Shown: in pieces, positions 30,234-41,971 of the stretch
Numbering within the stretch: the stretch's first letter is position 1
How the letters are laid out: the number at the start of each line of letters is the position of its first letter
Source: Lobosporangium transversale
Taxonomy: Eukaryota
DNA length: 64,000 nt
Assembly (NCBI RefSeq): GCF_002105155.1
Contig: NW_019028981.1
Location: forward strand, 1,178,001-1,242,000
Reading direction: 5' to 3'
Made by a program: the position numbers and the translations under genes
Notes under the pieces: model-generated
Told to the model about the DNA's origin: nothing
Seen by the model: the letters and a program-made list of their open reading frames with translations, nothing else
Database searches by the model: none

Positions 30234-31867
30234 ATGTCTAGTTCCCATGCAAAAAGAATCGCATACATCTACAGCAAGGAGTATGCAGGCCTAGCCTCAT
30301 TGCTACCCTCCAATATTGACAGAGTAAATCGACTTTGACAGTGACCATAATACATTGAGTGTATTCAAATATGTTTTAATTAAACAAACAAAAGCGTGCA
30401 TTGTAACTCTCATACGAACAATATTTAGTCTATCACGGTTCATGCCTTGATTGATGCTTATGGTCTTTTAAACCATCCTGACATTACTATTGTCTCACCG
30501 CAAAAGGCTACACTTAAAGAGCTTTGTAGATATCACTCACGCGATTACATTGGTATGACTGTCTGTGAGCAGACTAGATTCCTTTTTTCTTTTTTCCCCT
30601 TTTCCTTCCGAATTAACCGCTGGCATGCTTCTGCAGAGTTTCTTCAAAAAGTAGAGGAAAACAATGCGTCAGACGAAAATGAAGATTGCATCACAGAGGA
30701 CAGTAGAATGGATCAACTAGAAGAGTATGGTTTACGATACGATTGCTCCGTGTTCGAAGGCATTGCTCAGTATGCAGAGTTAGTTGCCGGGTCAACAATC
30801 AAGGCCGCTAGACTCATCAATGACGATGCTTTTGACATTGTAGTCCATTGGGATGGCGGCAGGTAAGGGCTAGCTCGTACTTGAATAATGTAAGAAAGAA
30901 AAGACCGAGTGGTCAGTAACATTCCAACGTGCTCAAAAACGACATTTGTGAATTGTTTGTTAGACATCATGCAAAAAAGGATATGGCAGCTGGATTCTGT
31001 ATCGTGAATGATATTGTATTGGGTATCATGGAGCTCCAAAAGGTGTATGATCGTGTCATGTATATTGACCTGGATGTGCACCATGGTGATGGTACGGCAA
31101 AGACAAAAAATGATTACATTACCTGCTGAATAATACGATCAACTTGGTTGATGTCTTGATTGCTCTTTTCATATAACTGGTAAAAGGTGTTGAAAACGCA
31201 TTTCAGTTCACGGACAAGGTCCTGACTGTATCTCTGCATCATTATGCAGAAGGATTTTATCCAGGGACTGGCAGCGGCATATCCTCAAACAAGACAAAGG
31301 CCGTTGTCAATGTGCCATTAAAGTCAGGCTTGTCACAGAAAACATTATCGAAAATCTTTGACCAAGTCGTGGAGCCGCTTTCCATGCGTTATAACCCAGG
31401 CGCCATTGTATTGCAATGCGGTGTAGATGGTAACTTATCTGTTTATGCACTTTTTTTTTTGTCTGTGGATATATAAAAGGTAGAAGACTTAAAAGGTATT
31501 GCCCATTATTTTTTAAGGCATGGCAGGCGATCCTTTAGGGAAATGGAATTTAAACATTCAGAGTTATGGTGATTGTTTGAAAAAAATCATGACCTGGAAA
31601 AGACCTTTGATAATCCTTGGTGGGGGAGGATACAAGACTACATCAACTGCCAAATGCTATGCATATTTGACAAGCATTGTAATAGGCAAGCAAGATATCT
31701 CCGAAGAGATTCCAGAACATGAGTATTTTGAAGACTATGCGCCTGATTTCCAGCTGGCGATCGATCCCAGTCGACAAGTGGATGAGAACACAGACAGTAA
31801 TCTTGAAGGAGTATATAGACTTGTGGAAACACAGACAGAGACATTGCTACGGACCGAGATGCCGTAA
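30234..31867 (+). CDS. Class I histone deacetylase, HDAC8/Hos1-like, 6 exons
   Basis: Exons 30234-30323, 30429-30552, 30637-30862, 30964-31091, 31187-31429, 31518-31867. Motifs [59 protein letters not shown]. The N-terminal IAYIYSKEY segment resembles HDAC8. Confidence 0.92.
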
Positions 31868-32318
31868 AAAAGTAAAGAGCTTAAGTTTAAGTTTAATAAA
31901 AATGGGATCAAATTCATCCCTGATTACGCTTCGTAATAGTAACGTCTATGCCGCGTAGGCATTTTTCTACAACGAGCCTCTCTGGTTTGCATGTGTTCCA
32001 CGAGTATATAATTTAATTGTAGGCCGTCAAGGTGGGAAATAAGAAAACAAAGACTAAGTGTAAGTGTAAGTACGTAGTGCAATAGGTAAGCGATCGGTTT
32101 CTAGAGGGCAAATCGGTCCAATATCCAAAGTAAATTGTTGCATGTGCATGTTTGCATGAAAAAATTGAGCACAGATCTCTTTTTCGGTATAAAAGGTGAT
32201 GCCCTTGGATTTTCCCAACCACCTCTTTTTCTTATCTTACTCACCTTTTCTCACTCCTCTACTGTTCTTTTTTCATTTTTTCATTTTCTATTTTCTTTAT
32301 ATATCTCTTTATAACAAA

Positions 32319-33565
32319 ATGCTTTATTCTAACGTCGTGTTCAACTCTGCATACTGGAAATCGTTTACCCAACGACCAAAGTTCACTACACATGATATTC
32401 CTGATCTCACAGGAAAGGTCGCTATTGTTACAGGAGCCAACTGTGGTCTTGGCTACGCTACTGCAGTGGCCCTAGCTGCACATGGCGCTCGAGTCTTCTT
32501 TGCTTGTCGCTCACAGCTACGAGCACTCGAGGCGATCGAACGAGCTAAAGAGGAAATCAAGAGGAAACACCCACAACTCAACCCGAACCCCGAGTTTGAT
32601 TTCTTGAAACTCGACCTGAATGATATGAGACAGTGTCACCATGCAGCACAGCAGTTCTTGGACAGAGGTCTACCCCTTCATATCCTGATCAACAATGGAG
32701 GTATTATGACCACTCCTTTTGCCTTGAGTGCTGATGGGATCGAGCAACAATTCGCAGTCAACCACATGGGGTATGTCGGAGCACAAGAATTATGCGAGCA
32801 ATGCACCAAAACGCAAACTAGAAAATTAAATATAATTGCTTATGACTTTTTTTTTGCTGACATAAATTTTTTATTTTTCCTAGTCACTTTGTATTCACGA
32901 TGGCATTGCTGGACAGGATCAAAGAGTCGCAACCTTCACGAATTGTCATGCTCTCCTCGATCGGACACGAGTTGACCGTGAAGGGGGGCATTGATTTCGA
33001 TACTCTGAATGATAAGAATGCCTCCAACACAACAAGTCGTTATGGACGTAGCAAACTCGCCAACATACTCATTGGTAAAGCTTTGGCTCGTCGTCTAGCC
33101 AACGAAAAGGTCTATGTCAATATGCTTCATCCAGGCTTTGTCTATACAAATCTAGCCAGGAATAATAAAAAATCTTTGGGTGCGATTGCTGCAGGAGTGT
33201 ATGACTTCGCAGGTAAGGTGTGTGCCTCCACTCCGGAAATCGGTGTCCTGAATCAATTGTACTGTGCCACTAGCCCAGAGATTGAAGAACAGGATATCCG
33301 GGGCAGATACTTTGTGCCTGTTGGAAATGATTGCCGACCCAGTAAGTACATTTGATTTTTGAGTATAAAGTAAAATACCGATAAAAAGAAGAAGAAAATA
33401 TTCCGCTTACAATATTGCAATATGTTCTTTTGTGTAGGTCACTATGCGTTGGATGAGGAGTTGCAAGAGAAGTTGTGGACATTCTCTGTGAAACTTGCTA
33501 ACGAGAGAATACGAGCTCGGGGACCAGAACCAGAATCAGAAGAAGCTAAAGTGGATATGAAGTGA
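32319..33565 (+). CDS. Short-chain dehydrogenase/reductase (retinol dehydrogenase/WWOX-like), 3 exons
   Basis: IVTGANCGLG Rossmann motif, ILINNGG, FAVNHMGHF, catalytic YGRSK, LHPGFV. Introns at about 32771-32883 and 33342-33437. Confidence 0.92.
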
Positions 33566-34132
33566 TGACTAGTCGAGCTGTATACTTTTCTTTTTAACAT
33601 AAAAATATATGTTTCATAGTTTATATTTGTCACCTGTTGCATGCTTGCCTTTGGCACCAAACAGGACCGTGACAAAGGATTGTTGTTTCCCATCAGTGAA
33701 ATATAAATTTTTGCCAGATTTGCGGGCAATTTGGCTCGGACTGGTTCAGCTAATTTTCTCCTAAGCTTTCAGGTGGGAAGCATGTTGCTTGTGTTACGTG
33801 GATATTGCCCTTGCTACATTTGCTGTTCGGTGTAGCCCATTTCCTTGTCCATGCAAGGGTAGAAGAGCGAGTGGTTCACCAGGTGGTTTTTCATCGCTCC
33901 TATCATCTTCATCACTATTGTCGTTCTGAACTAAGTTGCTTATCAATATGGCTACCAAGCACATTTCATAAAAAAAATAAAAAAAAAGACAAAAAAAAAA
34001 ACTTGACATGGGTTATGGATTCCCTTTGACAGATAAGCCTGAACTTGTCTGTCCAGCTTTGTGGAGATTGAGCATAAAAGAAAAAGGAAAAGAAAAAAAA
34101 AATCGCGACTTTGGCTTTATTTTTCTTAATAT

Positions 34133-35104
34133 CTACCATCCATTTCTAAGTAGATGGTTAGAAGGGGTTGGCGGGCATGTAGGAGTTAGAGTGATAGTCT
34201 CGTAGACAATGCAATCCGTATGCTTTGGGTGCTTTTTGTTGTCATTCTCGTGGTGCTTCTTGTGCTTCTTGTGGTGGTTCGTTGTTGTTGAAGCAGAGAG
34301 GCTGTCCTCGTGATGGCTATGTTGGTTATCATTTTGGTGCTGATCATGGTGTTGGCCATGGTGTTGGGCATGATGCTGGCCTTGGTGTTGGGCATGATGC
34401 TGGCCTTGGTGTTGGGCATGATGCTGGCCTTGGTGTTGGGCATGATGCTGGCCTTGGTGTTGGGCATGATGCTGGCCTTGGTGTTGGGCATGATGCTGGC
34501 CTTGGTGTTGGGCATGATGCTGGCCTTGGTGTTGGGCATGATGCTGGCCTTGCTGTTGGGCATGATGCTGGTCATGGTGCTGGTCGTCGTGCTGGCCATG
34601 GTGCCCAGCCATATGCTTGATATGGTCATGGTTGGCCTTGCTATGCTCATGGTTGGCCTTGCTATGCTCATGGTTGGCCTTGCTATGCTCATGGTTGGCC
34701 TTGCTGTGGTGATGGGAACTCGCTTTAGCGCTCTTCTCTTCATGCTCCTTCTTTTTAGATCCATTGCTCTCTTTCTTCTCCTTCTCTTCAGACCCCTTGC
34801 TCTCTTTCTTCTCTGTACCATTAGCCTCCGTGTTTTTCACATCCTCCGCAGCATTGCTGTCACTATTGGCACCTGAGTCCGAGGCATAAACCTGGAAGAG
34901 ATTGATTCTTGACTCGAGTTCTTCTGCAGAAGGAAAAATGGACTTATCCATCTGTTTGAGCCCCTCGAGCGAAACGAGTTCATCACCGGCAGCATCAACT
35001 GAAGCAGCGTTGATGGGGGCATCGTTTGCAGGGACATCTTGAGCCTGGACCTGCGAAAGGAACAGAGCAATAGCTACGCTCAAACTAATACTGAAGATAC
35101 GCAT
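34133..35104 (-). CDS. Secreted His/Gln-rich repeat protein, 323 aa (3' end may be spliced)
   Basis: Signal peptide MRIFSISLSVAIALFLSQVQA, then acidic and Lys/Glu-rich segments, HEHSKAN and HHAQHQGQ repeats, and a C-terminal CIVYETITLTPTC motif. Confidence 0.75.
   Translation of the reverse strand: MRIFSISLSVAIALFLSQVQAQDVPANDAPINAASVDAAGDELVSLEGLKQMDKSIFPSAEELESRINLFQVYASDSGANSDSNAAEDVKNTEANGTEKKESKGSEEKEKKESNGSKKKEHEEKSAKASSHHHSKANHEHSKANHEHSKANHEHSKANHDHIKHMAGHHGQHDDQHHDQHHAQQQGQHHAQHQGQHHAQHQGQHHAQHQGQHHAQHQGQHHAQHQGQHHAQHQGQHHAQHQGQHHAQHHGQHHDQHQNDNQHSHHEDSLSASTTTNHHKKHKKHHENDNKKHPKHTDCIVYETITLTPTCPPTPSNHLLRNGW
34345..34705 (-). repeat. Coding minisatellites: 24-bp unit (HHAQHQGQ; 7 perfect copies plus variants) and 21-bp unit (HEHSKAN; ~3-4 copies)
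   Basis: Plus-strand units ttggtgttgggcatgatgctggcc and catggttggccttgctatgct are directly visible. Confidence 0.95.
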
Positions 35105-36105
35105 ATTGAAGAACTTTTTGGAATGCTAGTATTAATGTTTACAATATGTGCGTGTATGTTAATTATGCCTGTATAATAGGCTGATAAAAGTGGGGGTATA
35201 AAAGAGATATTGGATACACGGACGAAGAATCACAAACACAAAATATTAAAAAAAAAAAAAAAAAAAAAAAGAGGAGTGAAGGGAAAATACAGCGATTAAT
35301 TAAAGAAGAGTGAAGAGTAAGGGAAGAAAAAAGAACAGATTTGAGAAAGAGCCAATGTTCATTAATGTAGTTCCTGGTCATCCATATTTCTTCTTGTTGG
35401 ATGCATTAAGAGAGGAGTCTCTTCTACTCCGACATCCCGCCCATTACACCCATTCCCTATTCCAGATATCTACCAGAATTAATCTAATGCACGGCCAAAT
35501 AATAATAAAGACGGGAAAGGTTGATTTGATCGTAGGATCATTTGAAATGTTCCTACGATTGCCTCCTTCAGCCCCATTGCGATCTCCTTGGCCTGATAAC
35601 ATTCTTGTTGGCCTTGTTTACGTGTGCATGGACGTAGCACGCAACGCGTCTTTTTGTAGTTTCTAGATGGATCTCAAATCATGCTTATTTTTTTTAAATG
35701 TTTATTTAGTAGCGGCGAATGTTTAGAATATTATCATTGTAATCTTTTGCAACGCACGGAAAGGGAGAGGTAAAGAAACCATAATTTGAAGAACAAGATC
35801 TGGGATGTCTGTAATTTTTTTCAATGGTAAATGCAAAATCACTGCATGTCATGTCATCAAGTAGCTTCCTGACCGGATGCAAACTCCGTTAATATGATTC
35901 ATTGCAAGGTAATGAAGAGATTGCTGACATTTTTATTATTTTACAACCACAAATCGGTTCTTTTTTCTTTTTCTTTTTTGTCATGGAAGATCTCGCGCAT
36001 TACTAAATGCTATTGGAGGGCATGAATAGTATAATGGAAAGTATAACGCTTTATTTCATAACTGTTCATTACTCTTGATCGATTCTATTGTAGACTTGTT
36101 GGCCC

Positions 36106-36630
36106 TCAAGTGTATCGTCTCACTTTTGACTTTGATTTTAATACCCTTTCATTCTTCTTATTCGTTTTCTTGAAGTTTGCAATCTCGACGGTATGTTGTA
36201 TAGCTGGTGTGTTTACAATAGCATTGGTCTCAAAGGACACAAGGTCTGAAGCGTGGTGTTCAATCTCGGGGTGTGAAGGAGACCCCTTTTCACGCTTCTG
36301 AAGCCTAGGACTTTTTTCCATCTCTATGGGTGCTCCTGTTTTTACTGTCCCTAATCCATTCTGATGCTCCTGCTCTAGCAGACTCCGTTTTGTCTGCTTC
36401 ACGAAACTGTTTTGGAGATTGTGGTGATGACGATTATGATTAAAATGTTGTTGTTTTTGCTGTTCTTTTTGCTTGTTATACTTGTTTTTTTGGAGTTTGC
36501 GCTTTACAAGGGCCTGATTGAGTTTGACAGATTCGATCCATTCCTCAGGAGCAATAATCTCTTGAGCGAGTACCATCATCGATGCTGAGAGGATAGCGCT
36601 GAGGCCAAGGCAAAGCGTAAAAAGATGCAT
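36106..36630 (-). CDS. Small secreted orphan protein, 174 aa, basic, with dibasic KR sites
   Basis: Signal-peptide-like MHLFTLCLGLSAILSASMMVLA; KR sites at VKRK, TKRS and QKRE; TATA-like elements upstream. No recognised domain. Confidence 0.6.
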   Translation of the reverse strand: MHLFTLCLGLSAILSASMMVLAQEIIAPEEWIESVKLNQALVKRKLQKNKYNKQKEQQKQQHFNHNRHHHNLQNSFVKQTKRSLLEQEHQNGLGTVKTGAPIEMEKSPRLQKREKGSPSHPEIEHHASDLVSFETNAIVNTPAIQHTVEIANFKKTNKKNERVLKSKSKVRRYT

Positions 36631-37736
36631 TTATGCAGCGTACAGCAAAAAGCGAAAAAGGTATTTACAGAAGAGGAAGCAATCGCTTAGAAGAAAAAGG
36701 AGAGGGGGAGGGTGGAGAATTGCGTGTTTTTATGCAGGCTTTTATACAACGCTCTGCTTGTCATATAGCTTGATCACAATTTCAACGGATAATGTACATA
36801 TTTTTGTAGATGTACTATTCTACAGACATTCTCGCACACAATGAGGATCCTATACTTGAGGGAACTATGCTTGTTATACAACAGTTTGCTCCACGTGTAA
36901 TTTCTGTTATTTCGCAATGACCATTCATATTTCGGTATGCTGTGCTGTGCTGTGCTGTGCTTAGTCAGGATTGCAATAAAAAAAATAAAAAAAATAAAAA
37001 AAATAAAAAAAATAAAAAAAGGTACAAGAGTTGTCATGAAGGGGATCTCGATCCTCAGGTACTTTTGGTTTACTCCAATGATACATAATGATGTGATCAA
37101 TAGCTACAGCATTGCCCATTTCCATTTATTATATTTTTTATTGAAGCTGTAATACGCCTATGTATCTTGGAATGCACCTTTTTTTTTTTTTTTTTGCCAT
37201 GTAAAACCGACATTGAGCATCATTATTGATTATCGTCATCATCGTCGTGATTAGTTGCCGCAATTCCACATGGATATCTTTCAAACCACGGCGATCCAAC
37301 TTATTCATCAATCATTTCAGATTCCGCCTTTTTTTTTTTTTTTTTTTTTTTCAAAATATCAACCTGGATAGTCTACTTAACATTCTAATTTAACGGATGA
37401 TGTATAAACGATATAATGGAATCATTGTCCATTCTATCCTTAATTTACTGGAACCCATAATTTAATTCATTCATATTCTATTCTTCAATAAATACATTTT
37501 GGTGGACATTGGACATAAAGCCACTTGCTCTACTCCATTTGAATTGTTAGGTATATATATACAATCTTGAGCAACACAATACCAGGAAACGTCAGGGAAA
37601 AGAAAACTTCAGAACAACGAACATAGACGGATAATAAACATATATCTTTTAGTGCGTTTTTTTTATTCATTTGTCAGATTCATATTTTAAATATTCTACA
37701 ATATAAACCATCCCTTCGTATACTATATTCTTTTGT

Positions 37737-38698
37737 TTATGCAAGGACCAGCCCTGCAACCACAGCACCAACCATTGCCAAGACAGCACCTGAGCTGACA
37801 CGGTTCTCAACAGCCCCACTAGACAATCCGCTCTTGGTAACGGAAGGAGTAGCAGAAGCACCCGACTCGGTAATAGAAACGGTTGCAGTGACAGTAGTGT
37901 TAGGAGTCACCCCACTGATGGAGGGCATGGGAGCCGTGCTTCCAGCCTGGTAAGGCTGGGCATCGCCCTGGCAGACTGGAACGGAAGCAATGGAGATATT
38001 CAACTTTTGTCCCAAAGGAATCAACTTTTGAGCCACACCGACCGTCAGAGAGTTCAAATCATGTTCCAAACAATAGAATCCAGTTGAACGGTTGGTCTTT
38101 GCATAGTCATTCAATGAGGTCTCAAAAGTCTTGATGACCTGAGATTCGGTCATTGTATCGGGCATCTGCCAATCATTTGTATCAAATTCATCCCCAGTCC
38201 AATCCACAGGAATATAACCCAGTTTCTTGAGTACGAAACGAACGCGGTTGTTAATATCACCATAGGGAGGACGCATATACTTAAGTCTGAGACCGGTGGC
38301 ATCCATCACAGCCTTTTCAGTCCACTTCATCTCGGCCACGATCTGTTCATTGGTCAAGGTCGTAAGAGCGTGATGAGACCAAGTATGAGAGGCCAAATGA
38401 TGACCCTCCGCAACCTCACGTTTAACAATATCAGGGTACTGAGCCGCATTGGAGCCAATCAAGAAAAACGTCGCAGAAAGTTGTTGCTGCTTGAGGTAAT
38501 CCAACAATTCTCGGGTGTCAGGGGAAGGACCATCATCAAATGTCAAGCCCCAGGTGTTCTCACGAGGACAAGAGACAATGTCGTCAGCAGAGCACCCATC
38601 GCAAGTCCAGTAACACCTAGAAATGAAATAGAATATATAGATGTATAAAATATTAGTTGTTGGTCAAGTCGTTAAATAATGATGGTATGATAATGTGA

Positions 38699-38729
<31 letters not shown>

Positions 38730-39032
38730 GTTGGTGAAAAGAGCAAAGGATGTCGCATACTCATCAGGGATGGGGGGGTTAGGGCAAGATGGGGGAGAAC
38801 CCTTGTGGAGCTGAATCTTGGGTGCGCCACTCAAGTCGATCTCCTTGAGCCATGCTTGGACTTCAGGTGAGTCTACAGGGGGGATCTGGTTGGCAGCTGG
38901 ATATTTGATCGTGGCACCTGTGGTTGTAGCAGGTGCAGGTGCAGAAGCAGTCGTCGCCGTCTGTGTCTGAGCATGAGTGGCAGCGATGGTCATGACCAGG
39001 ACCGTGATAGAGGAACTAAGGAACTTGACCAT
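37737..39032 (-). CDS. Chitin deacetylase (CE4/NodB), secreted and probably GPI-anchored, ~383 aa, 2 exons
   Basis: Exons 39032-38761 and 38616-37737. Motifs CYWTCDGC, WGLTFDDGP, HTWSH, RPPYGD, DTNDW, LEHDL; S/T-rich stalk and hydrophobic C-terminal tail. Confidence 0.93.
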
Positions 39033-41065
39033 GGTCGTAATGGATGTATATTAGATATGAATTATGGATAATTTATGTAAAGGTGCCGGATAAATGGATT
39101 TTTATGTAAAGAGTAGATGATGATTATTTTGGCGTCAATACGATATATAGAGAATAAGAGAGGACGCCAATTTATGAATAATAAAAGGATGCAGGATGAA
39201 GAGCAGAATGAGAAAGAAAAAAAAAAGGAAAGATCATGTTTCCTTTTTATATCGTCGATGGGATAAATGTTCGTTTATATTAAAGCAAAAGAGACAATGC
39301 GTACGGTTTTAAAAATAGCGTCAATTAGCTCAGGAGTGAAGGAGTGTTGTCCGTTGATCTCGTTGGATTTACCCATCTTTGGATAGTGACACATGCCACG
39401 CGAAGCAGAGGATGGGTTATCATTGACAGCATGAAAATTGTTTTATATTCAATATCTAATTCAGGAACTTGCACAGCCCATCGTCCCCCTTCTCCTGGAA
39501 CGAAACATTGAAGGGAAACGAACTGATCCCATATTACTCATCCATACCAGCTATTCTCAAGGGCAAGTATATATGCTATACATTCACAGTAAGAAGACCT
39601 CAGAAACTACTGTTTTGATAAACGAAGAGTCGGTGAGTCGGAGCAAAAAAAAATTTGTTTATTGTTTTAGTGTGGGCGTTCATTTATTTTTAATTATTTT
39701 TCCAGCACGATGACATGAATAAAAGAGCATTTTGCTGTCCAGCTGGGCAAGTTTAACCCATTCCGGGAAAGGATACCAAAAATATTTTTTTCTTTATCTG
39801 CAAGACATCTTCATCCCATCTCTGTATCAGTACGTATATCTCTAATACAATGTCTGACCAGATAATTCGGTAACAATAGCTCATGGATGCCGATGATGAT
39901 GACAACGGAAGCACAGTTGATTCCTCATACCATGTTCACGCACATCCTGTTCTCTTTCAGTAAAAGTGTTTTTAAAAAAAGTAGAGACTAGTTTTCCGCT
40001 ATCATCCACTTACAGCCTCTTTTGACATTGCAATGTTCGATTCTTAGTTCTGTCTGAGGATCATAAACACAAAAGTAAAAACTTTTTATTTTTGATGAGG
40101 ATAATGGAGTAGGACCCAGCTTTTTTTTTTTTTTTTTTTTTTTTTTAGATCTCACACGACATTTTAATTGCTCAGGGCCATAACTACATCGGTCTCTCAA
40201 CTTTCATTTCACTCTTCAAGTTTACCCGGCAGAGGCAATGCGCCAACAATCCATCATTTGAGGGTATTGTGAGCCCATACCATACAAATCCAATATGTAG
40301 TCCGTTTACATTCCGTTCCCACCTTGCCTCTCTCAATGGGCTTTGCTTTTTGACAAGATACTGCATGCGGACTAAACCAATAAAGGTGAACTAGGCGTTG
40401 CATCCACAATCGATGCCCTTTTGATTGTAATGAGTGGCTAAGCTGACATACTGTTACTTCATCTCCACCTATACCTCTCGTTCTTCATTATTCCAATAAA
40501 GCCATACCCTTTCTATAGCATTGTGAAAGTTTACACGCGAATTCAGTGGACTATTATTACAAAAATATAAATAAAAGACCACATCAGAATGAAGAGTACA
40601 AGCCCAACGAGGAACAGTTTGATCCTTTAATAAATATATTTGTATTTGTATATAATCGTAAAAAAAAAATCAAAACGACACGCGGGGGATTTTTTAATGC
40701 ATGAACGTGTAATTGTACTGGAATCCCTGTCCTGCCCTGGATTCTCATGTCTTTATTACTACATCTCTCTGCCACAAGTCCGACAGCTGACTGCACCTCC
40801 ATCTTCGAGACGTCCGATCGGCCGGCAAAACATTTTCGTTCTATTTATGACGATTTCAACCACCTCAATAACTATTTCACAGCCGAGGAAGGATCATCAG
40901 TTAATCAGGTACAAAAGATACAACAACCTGTCAACCAAAGTGACCTGCAGGTGGCAGATTTGTATTTTCTCACCCTTGTCACGCATAGCGGAAAAAAAGG
41001 GTCAGGACATTCCTTGCTCAAAAAAGAAATGAGAAAACCCATCATTCCATCGAGTTCTTACCGAG

Positions 41066-41867
41066 ATGACGGAGCATCAGTACCAACAACTCTGAAAGAA
41101 CGGCATCATTGAAAAAGTCTACGTCAGAGTTGCTTCCACTTTTGCAAACAATGCCAGCTCATCTTGCTATGTGAGCTTGCAAGACATTCGAGACGTTGTT
41201 TCCAGATGCACAACCTTCCTATTCCGTTTCTTATAGACTCTAATGGCAACAGGACAAATTCTTGATTAAGACACGCGCTTTATCAATTGCAGCTGTGTGC
41301 AGGAAAGAATTTAATTGTTGCTTATTGAGTCACTCAAGACTAACACGACTTTGATAAGTTAAACTTGGGTGGCAGCTCACTTGGGGAGGGAGGAACTTCA
41401 GCAGTGTCAGAGGCATTCAAAACTAACATAACTTTAACAACTTTGAACTTGGGTTACAACTCAGTTGGGGTGAAGGAGCTGTGGCTCTGTCAGAGGCACT
41501 TAAGATTAATACTACTTTGACGACTTTGACCTTGGGGAGTAACTCAATTCTAAAAGAAGGAGTTGTGGTGCTGTCGGAGGCACTCAAGGTTAACACAGCG
41601 TTGGTCACTTTGAATTTGGGCTAGAGCTCAATTGGAGATGAGGAAGCTGTGGCACTCTCAGAGGCACTCAAGATTAACACTGCTTTGGCCACTTTGAACT
41701 TGAATTACAATTTAATGTGGAGAGAGGGAGCCATTGCATTATTAGAAGCACTGAAAGCTAATACCGCTTTAATTGCTTTAAGCATGGAGGGGAACTCAAT
41801 TGGGGATGTAGGTCCGACATCATCGGATGTACTCGAGACTAACACGGCTTTGGCCTTTTATAAATAA
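41066..41867 (+). pseudogene. Decayed paralog of the LRR gene at 44394-47009
   Basis: 41026-41290 closely matches 44342-44660, but codon 10 is TGA instead of CGA, there are indels and the splice donor is lost. The central region is missing. LRR repeats at ~41320-41867 carry stops and frameshifts, and the 3' flank matches 47010-47070. Confidence 0.9.
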
Positions 41868-41939
41868 GGATGCCTCAAGCGATAACCAAGGAACCTTGGT
41901 ATTGTTAAAGAGGTTGAGTATGGACTGAGCGGTTTTGAA

Positions 41940-41971
<32 letters not shown>

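Noticed and set aside
33794..34009. Possible extra 3' exon of the His-rich gene
   Set aside because: No clear donor/acceptor pair preserving the frame; unresolved without RNA data.
34345..34705. Regular repeats as a possible CRISPR array
   Set aside because: Head-to-tail coding repeats without unique spacers; eukaryotic context and no cas genes.
34186..34876. Overlapping ORFs (MMLALVLG)n, (GVGHDAGL)n and (ASIMPNTK)n
   Set aside because: Alternative-frame and antisense shadows of the 24-bp repeat; only the His-rich frame has a signal peptide and a proper start.
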